Shown here piece after piece: positions 1 to 13,369 of a DNA stretch of 64,000 nucleotides. The position numbers were made by a program, and so were the translations under genes. The notes beneath the pieces were generated by a model. The model was not told the origin of the DNA, did not search any database, and saw only the letters and a list, made by a program, of their open reading frames with translations. Location: the NCBI RefSeq assembly GCF_009914755.1, contig NC_060937.1. One strand, 5' to 3'. Numbering within the stretch: position 1 is the first letter of the stretch; each line of letters begins with the position of its first letter. This DNA comes from the human T2T-CHM13v2.0 reference genome, Homo sapiens.

Positions 1-688
1 CACTTTTTGCTTTTATAGCCACTGTGTTGCTCCCACCTCCATCCAGATGTGCTTTAAGGTCTTGCAATCACAGGAATCTACACATTATTTTTTAAAATTT
101 AATTACTTGTATTTTACCTTCCTTTCCTGGGTTGTGATTTTTAATGGCTATGTTTAATATAAAAACAGTTGAATGTAATTTTTAATTAAATATATCAAAA
201 ATAAATCTCATTGAGGATAGTTTTAACTTGGTTACACTGTTTTCATAATAATGAAGTACCCATGCTCTTAAATTTTATTATAGGTGATCTTGACTTCACA
301 TGTATATATTAAGTATAGTTATTAGTGTCTGAAAAGTTATTCTAAATTCAGAAATAGACAAAAGAAAATTCTGGGTGTTCTGTCGGTACAGTATTGAGAC
401 TGATGTATTATTGTTTGTGATACAACTCTGTAGGGACAGAGGTTAACTTGTAATTATTGGCCAGTAAAGATGAAAGTATGTTTCCTCCATTGGGACAAAT
501 AACAACATAGACAGTGGTTTATGGCCTTGTTGGATTTTAACCAGCTTTGTTAAAAATTCCAGTTTTGTATTTTATCCAAATATATTTTGTTAAATTGCTT
601 AAAATCTCAAATGTTCTTTGGAGCAATTTTAACATCTTATTGGTTTTCTCAATAATTGATGATTTAAATAAAATCATTGGCACCTGAT

Positions 689-772
689 TTTATAAACTTA
701 CATAAAATCACAATATTACCTTTATGAAATTTTAGAAATTTACATAAAGTCGCAATATTACCTTTATGAAAA
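689..772. repeat. 42-bp direct tandem duplication (2 copies)
   Basis: tttataaacttacataaaatcacaatattacctttatgaaat (689-730) followed by tttagaaatttacataaagtcgcaatattacctttatgaaaa (731-772), 5 mismatches. Confidence 0.85.
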
Positions 773-1289
773 ATACTCTTTAGGACACTAGTTGTTGAGT
801 CATGGTTGATATTGGTATTTTATCCAACTTTATAGGCATTTTATGAGTAAGATAATACTTTTTGTTAGTAAAATCCAGACTAAGCAGTAACCTAATTTAA
901 CAATGGTGCTAATCTAATATTTTCCTCACTCAAGTTGTAAGAGTAAAATAAAGAAAACCCCACTATGTATAAAAAGCCAGTATTTTAAGAAAATTTTCTA
1001 AGATTGTGCAATTACTCTTAGGGAGTGAGGAGCTCATCTGTTTGGGAAAACTTTGTTAAAATCTTTTGATTAAACAAAGATACGTACAAGTGTATTTCTT
1101 GTGTGAGAAGTATTTTAGGTGATTCTCTTCAAGTTTTCAAACTTTGCGTTAATTCACCTTAGCACTGTTTGTAAAATGCAGACTCTTCGGTTCTACTTCC
1201 AGGAAATTTGATGATTGAGTAGTCCTGTTTGAAATAAATAACTTCGAATCAGCCTTAAAAACACAGTACCCATGTGCTGTTTATTCTCC

Positions 1290-1706
1290 ATCGACCTCCC
1301 AATGCATATGTTTCATTCTTTCTCTCCTGCTCTGAGCCCTGGGAGATTGAGTGCTATACAGATTGGATAACTCTCTTTCCTTCTGGATTCTGGTTGGCTT
1401 CAACCAATGAAGGCATAGAAGGAGGTAAAATGAAGAAAAAGAGTGAGTTCAGGTTACATAGTTCTTTACTGCCCTGCTTTTGTGTGTTTTTGAAAGTGGT
1501 TGCATCCCTATAGAACTATAGCTTCTGTAAGTTGACTAAATTCTTACTTGGGGTTCAGTGCTGGAAATGGTTTCCAGTTGTTACTGGTCCCTGAGTAGCT
1601 TGAAACATCCTATGAAATCACTTAATCCCATCTACAACACTTACTTATTTCAATATAGTAGTTTAAAAATATGGGTTCAATAGGCTGCCTTTTGAGGGAA
1701 CTAACA
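1290..1706 (+). mobile_element. Old ERVL solo LTR, LTR33-like
   Basis: Core ttccttctggattctggttggcttcaaccaatgaaggcatagaaggagg resembles the recalled LTR33 consensus (TTGCCCTCTGGCTTCCGGTTGGGTTCGGCCAATGGGAGGCAC); boundaries approximate. Confidence 0.55.
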
Positions 1707-4700
1707 TTAAAAATAAATAAAATGCAATTGTCATTGTATCTACTTTTTAGGAATAGTTCTCTAACATGGCTGTGCATACTTCAGCAAATTTAAAGTTCTT
1801 TTCTCCTTACATCTGGTATGAGTAGCACATGTAAAGGGTAATTATAATAATTATAATAACTATTACAATTATAATAATGGTGGCTTCAGAATTAAATTAC
1901 TTTAGATATTATTAGTTCTTAGCCTTTTTTGGCTTATCATCATTTATACAAAAAGATGACAACTGTGGTTTCCACAACACTACATAATACACATGGGCAC
2001 ACATGCACACACTCCACAAAATTTTGCATGAAACCCTGAAGGCTTTAGGCACCTCAGATTAAACAGAACACTTGCCGAGAATATAGACATTTTATCCAGC
2101 AGAAGAAATGCTAGCAGAGTAACGCATCTTTAGATCTGTGTGTTGGGGGTGTGTGCATTTAATCTCAACGGATTCATTACATATATTTAGACAAATATAT
2201 TCTTTTATAGGCACGATAGGCACAACTACATTATAGGCATGCATAATAGGCACTTAAGAAATATTTAGATAAATAGAAAAAGAGATTATGCTTCTCGTCA
2301 AGTCTAGGATTTCTTTTTAATAAGAATTTTATGCAAATTTATAAGCAGTGCAATTCTTGTTAAATTTGTATAGAATCATATTTCTTAAATTCCTCTTTCA
2401 TAACAATAAGAATGATGCAGGAGTCTATTGTATCAATATTTCCTCATTTCTCTGAATTATCAAATCCATATTTCATGATGATATTATAGAAATAAGAACA
2501 ATATTTTTGTTTCTCAACTCTGCATAAAATGACTACACAATTAAACACTTTCCTTTTTTTCCCCCAGTATAACATAATAGTAGCATTTTGTTCCTGTCTA
2601 TCAATTGTCCTATTTAGGGGAGGTCCCTTGGTATAATCTTCACTGCTATATCAACTGTACTAAAAATCCCACAGCACCTATGTACTCCAGTCCTGCAGTT
2701 TTCACATCTTCAGAGAAATTATTAGTAACAATTTGAATTAATTATACTCTGTTAAGTTTCAGCTTTGTTAATAAAAATATAAACCAGCCATTTAGAAAAT
2801 ATAACTAAAGTGTGAAGTATGCTGATACTGTCTTGCATATTGTAAAACAGCCTCAACTGGAAAAGGATGAGATGGGGGATCCAGGTAGCAAATTAGATTG
2901 ATGCGCTATCCTCGACGTAATGGCATTTTCATTTCTGAGCCCAACCAGGTCCAAAACAAAACAATTTTTTATAGTTGTTCGAAATCCCAAGAGAAATGAG
3001 TTCAGGTGATCTCAACTCAGTTTCTCATGTACAAGGGGACACATCAAAAAGCTGTCACGGATTGATAGTAATTTATCACTTTCACTTTTAAAAAGTCATG
3101 GGATTAGAAGCATGAAGCAAACAAAAGCAAAAAGAAGTATTTCTAGCAACATGTTTTTTTTATTTTTCTTTTTGTATCAGCTGGAAGTTTCTCCTTTATT
3201 TCACAAGCATAGTTTTCTAAAACAAATAATGAGTACCTTTTGTTATGACATAGTAATTAAAATTTTCTTTAATATTCAATTATTAACATTTAAAATGGAA
3301 AATTGGTGTCACTCATAACCACTGTTTACAATAAATGTAGCAATTAAATGTTATCATACATATTTAAAAGTATTGATATCAGACAGGCAAATAAAACTTA
3401 AATCTAGGTTTTCTTATATATTCCTGTCATCCAGATGAAAATTAGTAGATACCTTAAGTATATAAAATTCACAAATATTTGTGTTTTAAAGCTTTTGAAT
3501 AATTTTATGTTAATGTGTTTTTCAAGGAAACCAAACAACTCTTGAAAATAATTACAGTTAGTAAAAATAATTATGTAACATTCTATAAAGTACGATGCCT
3601 TCCGAAGGGTAATGATGTGACATTACAATGTAGAAAAATTATTTTAGATGTTTGCTGTGGATATTCAACTTTTCATTCACCCTCAAATCTCTTGTGACAC
3701 ATCAATCTCTCAGAAATCTGAAATGTCAACTGTGTGACAGCCAAGAGAATATACCAGTATTTGAAACATTACAGAGATGTGGGTCACAAGGACAGGACAT
3801 AGTGTAATTTATTTAAATATTATTTGGGTTCCTTCTCAGATATTGGCTAATCAAAAATTATTAAATTAGACAAGAAGTCAGAAGTATTTTAAAAATATAA
3901 AATCTAAAAGTATGCATATTATAATCATTTTCACTTTGAATACAAGGCATAAAGAATATATTCAGGTGTCCTTTAAAACAAATTAGAAGAAAGGTGGAGA
4001 ATGTCATGGCTTATTAAAAAGCAACAGCAATTCTGTTCCCTTGAAAATGTCATAAAAAAGATAACGCAAAAATTAACTTCAGTTGATATTGAAAGAGAGA
4101 GAAAATTTCAGTAGAAATTCATTATGATTATCAATTTGATAAGAGTAAGCTATTTGGATAACATAATAGATGTTTTCATATTATGAAAGTTGTATATTAG
4201 AGCCAAGCTGTGCTCATTGATAATTTATTGCCTTTTAGTTATATATATTCAAGGGATCATGTGGTTCAATGGCAGAACTAATACAAAATGAAAGTTAATG
4301 TTAATATGCAATTTAAAAAATGTACCTTAGAAAGACATGTACTAAGGTACATACTAAAGAATGTGGTAAGCATGTGCTTTATTCATTATGGAATTTATGT
4401 AAATTTGTAGCTAATTTTTATCACATTTTGTTGAGGAGTTTTGTTTTTGTTGTCCCCTGAAGATATATAGCTTTCACAGTTCCTAACTTGGAAAATAACA
4501 TCATTTCTTTTCAACAAGAAAAGGGCATTATGAAGAAAGAGAATAAGTGATGCACAGACCCACTCTTTTGTTTAAAATGAGATTAAAGAAACAAACTCTT
4601 CCACTTCAATCAGCATGCATAAAAATGAGAGAAGAACTAAAATCAAAGAGAATGAAATGAGTCATGTTTAATGATTTTAATGTTCTCCAAATGAGGTAAA

Positions 4701-5774
4701 TGAGCACCCTTTTCATTAAGATGGTATAGAACTAACATGAATAAATTTTCTTAACAAATCAGTAATTGTGGAAAGAATCTTTTCATGAATCCCAGGACAC
4801 CACATGTGATTGTTCAACAGAAAAACTAACTATTGTTATTCAGCAGAATTATCTCAATTTTTTAAGACAAATAACAAAAATATTACACAAACACATTGTT
4901 AAATTTAATATTTTACTTAAATTTTTCCAGGAGACTAAAATGTTTTATTCACACAACATCTGTCTTTTAGATATAATTAACATCACCATGATTCAAACAT
5001 TCTATGATTCCTCCTGAACCTCAATTCTTTTTCATTTTTGGTCTCACTCTTTTATTCTCAGCATTAAATTCAACTTTACTTGCCCTGTTACCCTAAAATA
5101 AATATAAGAAAGAAATTTAATTGTAGGAGAAATTTTAACATTAGAGATAACAGAGAGTATTTACCTGATATCCACATTATTTCACCACTAAGTATAAGAC
5201 GTTAACATAATTCCAATTGTCTCAGTTACCTTATGTAGTACTTGTAGGTTGTTTCTTTCCCACAGCTTTTTTTTTGTGGGAAGTAATCAGCCACAAAACA
5301 TATTCAAACTGTTTCTCAGTTTCTAAAGACAATGTCCTATCTATGCCATTACTGTTTTCTTAATAATTTCAGTAAGTCTTGAATGAAGAAAAACTTAATA
5401 CCCTAATGAAAGAGTTATGATTTCAATAAAATTAATCAATGTATTGCAATAATTTTTCACAAAAATATTTTGAAATAGAAACTTGAATTAAACAAACCTA
5501 CTTTGGGTTAATTGATTAATTTGAACCAAAAATAAAATTACACTTACCATATATTTATTTGACAACATTATATTAAGCTCCAGAGAGGATACAAAGCTGA
5601 ATAGGTAAAATATCTTTTAAGTATAATAATTAAGTACCAGTATAAGAAGCCAAAAATATGTGCATAGTAAGTTCATAATATGGCAAAAGCAAATCAATAG
5701 TAATAACCATTATTGATATAACTTACAGAGATGTAACTTAACTGTTTTTGAGATAACTTATAGTGATATAGCAA

Positions 5775-6240
5775 CTGTTTTGACTGAAAACTGAAATCAA
5801 CTTTAGGAAATTCTTGCTTAGGACAATAAGACTGCAAAGCATCCAACATCTTTGATCTTTACTTCAGGAAAGTTTGACACACAATTTATCTCTGAAAACT
5901 ATTTTCTCATTTGGGCAAATAATTGGCTCCTCAAGACAATAGTGTGCTCACCTGGACAAAAAGCTTAATAGTCAGAATAAATGTTTTCTAATCAAACTTT
6001 GTCATCTTTTCATAACAATCAATTCTAACCTATTGTGTTACAAACTTTGCCAGCCAGTCCCCTGCCTGGGATGAGCTATGTTAAATCAAATCCAAATTCC
6101 CAAAACCCCATTCGTATATTTTCCTGGCTTCCACATTTTGAATTACTATTAAGACTCTGCCAAGATGTAGTTCTTTTATGATACTGTAAATTTAATATAT
6201 TCAGCATTGCTTGATTAATAACTTAGGTAATTTTTTTTTT
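5775..6240 (+). mobile_element. 5' LTR, MER67-like (ERV1)
   Basis: 3' part tactattaagactctgccaagatgtagttct...gtaaatttaatatattcagcattgcttgattaataac matches the recalled MER67-type R/U5; homologous to 13370-13842. Confidence 0.55.
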
Positions 6241-6977
6241 CCTAACTTAACTACTCCCTAGTCAATAGTAGGCAGCCCTGGATGTCTTGCCCAGTGGTCA
6301 TCAAGTCTTAAGGCTCTCTCAGAAAATTGCATTACCTGCGGCTCCCTGAGTCTCTTGCTTAGAATGTTGTTCTGACTATAATAGTGAGGTAGGTCCCACT
6401 TTGGGTCTGAATACAATGCTGAGGTAACTTTGTCTCCTAAAAATAAAATAACATTTTAAAATAAATCTTTTGCTTAGCCCATCAGTTTTTAAAACTCTTT
6501 CTTTAGCATTTGGTCAGTAAAAATCTGTCCATTTACTTACGGCATTATTTTTTTTTTCCCTTGGATTGTCCTTTCAACTTTCTGTTTTGAGTTTATAAGA
6601 GGAATTTCGTAGACAAGAAAATAAACATAGATTATAATAAATCTGTCCCTTAATTGAGTTCCAAGGGTCAACAAGTCCCAAAAGTCTTGTCAGTTTGACA
6701 TCTTTACACAACAGGCTTTGCTTTTGGTCACCTATCTTTCTAAATGACAAAGTTATAGTGGCCAGCTGGGGATACTGTTGATACGAACGCAATTGTTCTT
6801 TTGAGAGGTAACTTAGGACAAGAAATTGGTAACATGTAAAATATCATATGCTTTGCTTTTAAAATTTTTTGTGAGAAAATGTGAAAAACTGAAATTAGAA
6901 AATTGTTCTGCAAAGGATAATTTGACAAGGGAAAACAAAAAAGGAACTACACTTCAATATCCTATTCTTTTAGATCT

Positions 6978-7390
6978 TATGATGTTTAATTTTATATTTC
7001 AACTTGGCTGGGCCAGAGTGCCTAAATGTGTTCAAACACTATTCTGGATGTTTCAGTAAGAATGTTTTTGAAAGAGATTAACATTTAAATGAGTAGACTT
7101 TGGGTAAAATGGACATCCATAGCGTGGGTTAGCATCATCCAGTAAACTGAAGTCTGAATAGAACAAAAAGAATGACCTCTGCAGAGCAAGAATGAATTCT
7201 GCAGCAGACAGCCTTCATATTTGAACTGCAACATTGCCTCTCTGCTGGGTCTCCAGCCTGTTGGTTATTCTGCAGATTTTGGACCTGACTGCCTCTGTAA
7301 TCATATGAATCAATTCCTTAAAACACAGCTTTCTCTTTATATATTCACATCCTATTGGTCCTTTTTCTCTGGGGAATCCAAACTCATACA
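6978..7390 (+). mobile_element. MLT2 (ERVL) solo LTR inserted in the provirus
   Basis: Starts tatgatgtttaattttatatttcaacttggctgggcc (MLT2 5' end) and ends catcctattggtcc...ctctggggaatccaaactcataca (MLT2 3' end). Confidence 0.85.
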
Positions 7391-7899
7391 GATAGATCCT
7401 CACAATATAAAATTGTCCTGTACTAGTTAAGAAACTAGAAGACTAAAATAATGTGGATAAATAATGTACTCTGAAATGGAACCAAGCACTTAACTCAGGT
7501 TTCTTTTAAATTCCTCAGAAGAAAGTTCTGTAAGCATTAAAGAACAATCTTTGAAAACATTTTATTGATAACATATGCTACAATATTAACCTTAAATCCT
7601 GCCACTATTACCCAAACTCACCCTTGGAAAGAAAAATTCTTCAGGGGGTAGAAAACAAACTTCAAACATTAACCATATTTCAGCCAATACATCTCACTAG
7701 CGTACTTCCAACCAAAGAATGTTTTTTTCTCTTGTGAAACCACACCTGCTAACTACAAAGATATCATAAATGGAACTACCTCTTTAACTGCTCTCCTAAA
7801 GTATTCTTCCTTAGATAAGTAATTTGAATCTCAACCTATTGTTTTCCTCCTATCTAAGTTGAAACTCTAATTGAAAATCTTCAGAAGTTCTTAGTCTTC

Positions 7900-8350
7900 T
7901 TATGGTCCAAGTATCCTGTTGATATTGACAGACTTATTGGTGTTGAATATATTAAAGTTTAGATTCTCTCACATACACATCTTCCCAACTTGTACATTTT
8001 CCTTCAAAACACTGTGTCAATATAGAACCAAAACCAACACGGAAAGCCTGGTAGGAACAAAGCCTCATGATACTTGTACCCATCTTTGTAATATTTATCC
8101 TCTTAGTCACCAAGTACAACAGGAAAGGATATCGAATTACTCCACACTCCTGGACCATAAAAAGAAAATAGTCATCTTCTGCTTTTCATGACACTGAACC
8201 CAAGTACTATTTTACCTTCAATGTCACTTAAGCCTAAATATTTTCCCATCGTGTATCTGCGCTCTGCTTTTACTTTTTAATCCAAAATAAGTGGATCGCC
8301 ACTTGCTTTGGATTATTGGGGAAATGATATCTAAGATTGATTTCATGTAT
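7900..8350 (+). pseudogene. Endogenous retroviral pol, reverse transcriptase N-terminal relic (frameshifted)
   Basis: 8239-8271 translates YFPIVYLRSAF, resembling the gammaretroviral-like RT motif (F-x-V-x-DL-x-x-AFF); upstream remnants resemble the LW..DIG and SPCNTP regions. Confidence 0.6.
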
Positions 8351-8374
8351 TTACCTAGTTCAAAACGTCAAAAT

Positions 8375-8658
8375 ACAAGAGACGTTAGGGAGGATGCAGA
8401 GGAAAAAAATGCTATACATGTTTGCTGGGAATATAAATTAGTACAACCTCTATGGAAAACAGGATGAAGATTTCTCAAATAACTAAAAAAAGAACTGTCA
8501 TTTGATCCAGCAATTTCACTATTGAGTATCCACCCAACGGAAAAACAATCATTATATAAACAAGATGCCAGCCTTTATGTTTATCACAGAACTATTCATG
8601 ATAGCAAAGATAATGAATCAACCTAACTGTCTATCAACAGATAAATAAAGAAAATGTG

Positions 8659-8697
<39 letters not shown>

Positions 8698-9068
8698 ACA
8701 CACACAAAGGAATATATGTAATGAAATCATGTCTTTTGCAGAAACATGGATGGGACTGGAGGCCATTATCATGACTTACTGTTTCTAGTGAAACGTCCTA
8801 GAAACAGTAAGTCAAATACTGGATGTTCTCACTTATAAGTGGAAGCTAACTAATGTGACACATGGACATAGAGTGTGGAATAATAGACATTGGAGACTTG
8901 GAAGTGTGCAAGGGTGGGAGGGAAGTGAAGAATGAGAAATGAATGGATGCAATGCACATTATTTGGGTGATGGTTACAATAAAAGCTCCAAATTCACCAC
9001 TACACAATATATCTGTATAACGTAACTGTTCTTATACCCCTTAAATTTATGCAGTTTGTTTCTTAAAA
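8375..9068 (+). mobile_element. L1 3' end fragment (L1PB4/L1MA-like), containing a (CA)n at ~8661-8705
   Basis: Typical L1 ORF2 end/3'UTR text: ggatgcagaggaaaa...gatccagcaatttcactattgagtat...atgttctcacttataagtggaagcta...gggtgatggttaca...ttcaccactacacaatatat. Confidence 0.9.
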
Positions 9069-9337
9069 AGACCATAATGCTTTTAAGGAAAAGCTATAAC
9101 TTTGTCAAAGCAAAGGATAGGACATAATATATCACAAGGGTGTAAACCTGTCACTTCAAACAGACATCAATTTTTTTCCATCATGGTCATCAAGAGATAA
9201 TTACAGGATTCACTGGTGTCACTACAAACAATGGGTTTATTACTTTTCTGAAATCACTATGAGAATGCATAATTCAATTAAAGTTTGAATGGGCTAACTC
9301 CTAAGCAAGAGCTAATTTTTTATTATTTAAAATTAGG

Positions 9338-9394
9338 AGCCATGCACAGTGGCTCACACCTGTAATCTCAGCACTTCCATTTCTTAAGAAAAAA
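9338..9394 (+). mobile_element. Mini-Alu (5' ~39 nt joined to a 3'-terminus-like segment and A tail)
   Basis: agccatgcacagtggctcacacctgtaatctcagcactt is the Alu 5' end; it is followed directly by ccatttcttaagaaaaaa. Confidence 0.65.
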
Positions 9395-9419
9395 TAAGTC
9401 TTCAATAGCATCTCATTCA

Positions 9420-11420
9420 TCGATGAACAAATGGTCTGCACAGGCCTTCGGTGTTCTGGCTCAACTTCAGGGGAACTACTAGACACCATGAATTTATTAT
9501 AACATGTCTCTTTACCTCTGACAAAGGCCTATTCACCCTGTTTCAGCTCAATAACAGCTTAAGCTGAAGTAATGAAACCCTCTATGGATTTGAATTTAGA
9601 TTTTCTTTTAAATGTAATGCTTCCTAATGCTAAAAACTCTTTGTTGCTCATTTAAAATACTCAGCAAGTAGGTCTAAACAAATAGGTCTATTACCAACTA
9701 AGTTTATCTCCTATAAAATTCTATTACTCCCTCACATATTTGCAAGCATCAGCATTATTCTTAAAATCATGGTACTTTATTTTCATAATCAGCAAAAGGA
9801 GATGCAAATGACTGACTGGACTCTGCCAAGAAATATTTGTACCCCAACATATTTATTTGAAAAATTCTTATATAAAATATAGATACAATATTACTTGTTA
9901 GTGGGTCTTATTTTAAGAAAAGAACAAGAATTTGTCAGAATGTGTCAAAACAGATCAACTTACTCATCATATATGACCTCTTACTAAAGACCACATCAGC
10001 TCAGATGACAGAACACAGTCCACACTCCTGATCTTGACAAATGGCTAGAGATAACAGAGCTAATGTTTATTGTGACAGAAGACACATTCTGCATATAATA
10101 TGTCATTTTGGAATTCTTTGGAAACAGTACTAATTCTTGATATCACCAGGAATTCCAATTCAGAATGTCCAATAGATTAAAGTACTCTTTATTCCCTGAT
10201 GCTTTTGAAGTATATAGTCATTATAAAATTAGAAGTCGGCACAAAAAAGGATTACTTGAAGGCAAAGGGAAGGGTTTTAGTAATCATTATGAAAGACAGG
10301 AGCTTTAATTAAGATCTTGGCCCCTTGACATTGCAAAAGGCCATTTTTTTAAAGAAGTTCAAAGAAGCCCTTATGGAATGCCAGTAATTGCATACCATAA
10401 TTTAAAAAAAAACATTTGGGAGAAATCTGGTTATATATTACTTTACAAGAAAATAAACTTTGTCACTTTCAGATCAGCCATTTTCTATCCCTCCAAAAAA
10501 CTTGCAATAATTTTATACTACATTTTTCACCACAGCAAGAACACAACAAGCATATTATATGCAACAAATACTGGAGTGGGGGACTTTATCAAAATTGCTG
10601 ATGGACCTCTGCTTTGTGTCTCACCTGTCATTTCACTGTAGTTCTGGTAAACCTACAGATGAAATATGTACAAGAGGCCCAGCCTTAGGGCCCCTTTGAA
10701 CACATTCAAATGAGTAACATAAAGTATACCTTGCAATAAATTTTAAGAATGTTTTGGTCATTGTTTGCTTATTTCCATGATGGATTGAAGCTTTTGCTTG
10801 AGGGAGGGCTACTGATTTACTGTTAGCAAAAATATTGCATCATGTCTAGTCTGGGCATTTCCTGTCTATTTATCCAGAGAAAAGAGCACCAATTTGGCAT
10901 GACAGAAATTACAGAGAAATGCAAAGCCTTGCTAATTACCCAGAAATCTCACTGTTTGAATTATACTCAATTTTCAGTACAGTTAGGAAGAGCAAACATA
11001 ATCTGAAAGTAAAATTTGCAAAGCACTTAACAAACTTTGATCTTAGATGGCCTAAAATATTATCATTGGTTTTAATATCAAATAAATACATTTTTGTGCT
11101 GAATCTACTCTTACTATCACCTTATGATTTAGTAAAAGGCCAACTCACCCACCTAGAGATATCATGCTGATTATAGGCTCTGCCTTATTGCAAATCGGCA
11201 GCACATATACTTCAAAGGACTTGTGCAAAACACTCATTCTTATAATCAGGAGGTACAGCTGGCCCTTCCTCAACATTGTTTTAGACAACTCTTGTATGAC
11301 CTAAATCCTGAAGATCTGATATTCTGGAAGAAAATCCTGAGGACAGCCTATAAAATCCTATGAATAGGACACATAAGTATATGAGCAAAGCTCCAAGAGG
11401 CTGGTCTTCGGAATGACAAC
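9420..11420 (+). pseudogene. Endogenous retroviral pol: connection, RNase H and integrase relics
   Basis: AFGVLAQLQG (9444-9473), KAYSPCFSSITA, SYKILLL, TSAQMTE (9993-10013), ANVYCDRRH, HFGILWKQ (10104-10127), GPFEHIQM (10689-10712), VLVIVCLFP*WIEAF (10751-10795) appear in the correct ERV1 pol order, with stops and frameshifts. Confidence 0.8.
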
Positions 11421-11839
11421 TATCAGTTTAGGAGACACAGCTCTTCTCATGTTGGTGGAAGGACATTCTTCCTAGAGACTTCAAACTGAGAATACTCAGT
11501 TTCTCCAGAAGCAGCCACCTTTAGGCTCATGTAGAAACTATGTAAAGTTTCTGCCCAATACCCAGAAAACAGGATTCAGAGTATTATGTACAGAAACAGC
11601 AGAGTATTATGCCTTAATGTGTGTTAATGTTCTTTATTTTTATAACTATTTTTTCTTCTCTTTGTTAATTTATGTTTCTGACTTGCAGGGAACACTAGTT
11701 AGCTCTTAACTATGATGCCTTGAAGCCCTTTTACTTAATATTGCTTGTTTCATACCAGGTTACTTCTTGATATAAATCTAATATCTAGCTACAATGTGCT
11801 TATGATTTGGCTGAAATCTAAAATCAAATCATCTATTGG

Positions 11840-11841
<2 letters not shown>

Positions 11842-11915
<74 letters not shown>
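11842..11915. repeat. Compound microsatellite (CT)n(AT)n
   Basis: About 21 CT units directly followed by about 16 AT units. Confidence 0.97.
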
Positions 11916-11917
<2 letters not shown>

Positions 11918-12123
11918 CTCTGGGTGTGAGCCAGATCTATTCTAATGGAATGCATTGTTTCAACTTTAATTTTCTTAATCAGTAAACACACTTGTTAGAA
12001 GGTAAACATCACAAAAAGGCAAATAGCTAAAAAAAAATCCCCCTCACATGTAACTTGGGGAAAAATCTAGGAACCTTTTAGGGAGTTTGTCTTTGTAACT
12101 TAACTTTCATAATTATAGAGCTT

Positions 12124-12405
12124 GGCAGGGTGCTGTGGCACACATCTGTAATCCTAGAATTTTGGGAGGCCAAGATGGGTAGATTACTTGTGCTCAGGAG
12201 CTGGAGACCAGCTGGTAAAATCTCGTCTCTACAAAAGTTAGCCAGGCAGGGTGGAGGGTGCCTGTAGTACCAGCTACTCAGGAGGCTGAGGTGGGAGGAT
12301 GGCTTGAGCCTGGGAGGCAGAGGTTGTGGTGAGCCAAGATCATGCCACTGCACTCCAGCCTGAGCAACAGAGCCACAGGCTTTCTCAAAATTAATAAATA
12401 AATAA
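12124..12405 (+). mobile_element. AluJ-like SINE
   Basis: Dimeric Alu with J-type gaggtgggaggatggcttgagcc; (AAAT)n tail; TSD tatagagctt on both sides. Confidence 0.92.
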
Positions 12406-13369
12406 ATATAGAGCTTGTTAAGAAACTATGGAAAATACTGTATGTATATTAAAGCTGTCTCACTTTTATAGACTAACAGGAACACTCACTATTTGGGTGA
12501 ATCTGTGTTTCAGATCCCTAGTTGATGATGCCTTACTTTCTGCTCTTATTGAATGACATTGAGAACATACAAGTTAGCTACCTTTAATGACCTTTTGCTA
12601 AAATCCAGATAATTAGGTAGCATCCAAATTAAAATCAAACTGGTATTTGATTTTAAGCACCAAAACCTATAAGCTCTTACACGCAAACTGGATAGGGACT
12701 TAACATGGGAGACTATCGCCAGCTTTGCTGATAGTCTCATATTCAAATGAATCCAGGCTTCATTTTTATATGTTAATTTATCCCCTCTCAACAAACAACA
12801 AAAAAAAAAAAGAGGAAGAGAGATCACTCAATAACTTAATTCATGAAGGTAAAATTCAGTCCTTGAGTTGTGACCCCAAATTTAAACCAACAAAAATGAA
12901 TTCTGGACTGTCTTCAGGTCTCTACATTTCACACTTTACAAGGAGACCAGAAAGTGTGAAAAATTATACTTCTGTGGTTCAGATAATGACTAAGAAACCA
13001 GAAAAAAAGTCACTGAGGCCAGACAACAAGCCGTAGAAGTTCATCAATTAGAATAAACAGCTAACCAAAACAAAACAGCCCTTTCTCTAATTTGACGTTT
13101 TGAGAAGGAGCATGTGCCATCTTAGGGGATGAATGAAGTATTTACATCCCTAGAACTTTCCATGATCTTGATAATATGAAAAAGCTCCAGGAAAACGAAT
13201 AAACAATTAAATTAGGCCATTTAGCTGATATCTATATCTAGTTCTGTATTCTGTTAATATTGGAATACAATCTGTTCTGTTGGTATAACTTAAATTCTGA
13301 TAGAATTTTGTTAGGATTGAATATGACAATGGACAGGGACTGAGAATTGAGCCCACTGGCATCAACATA

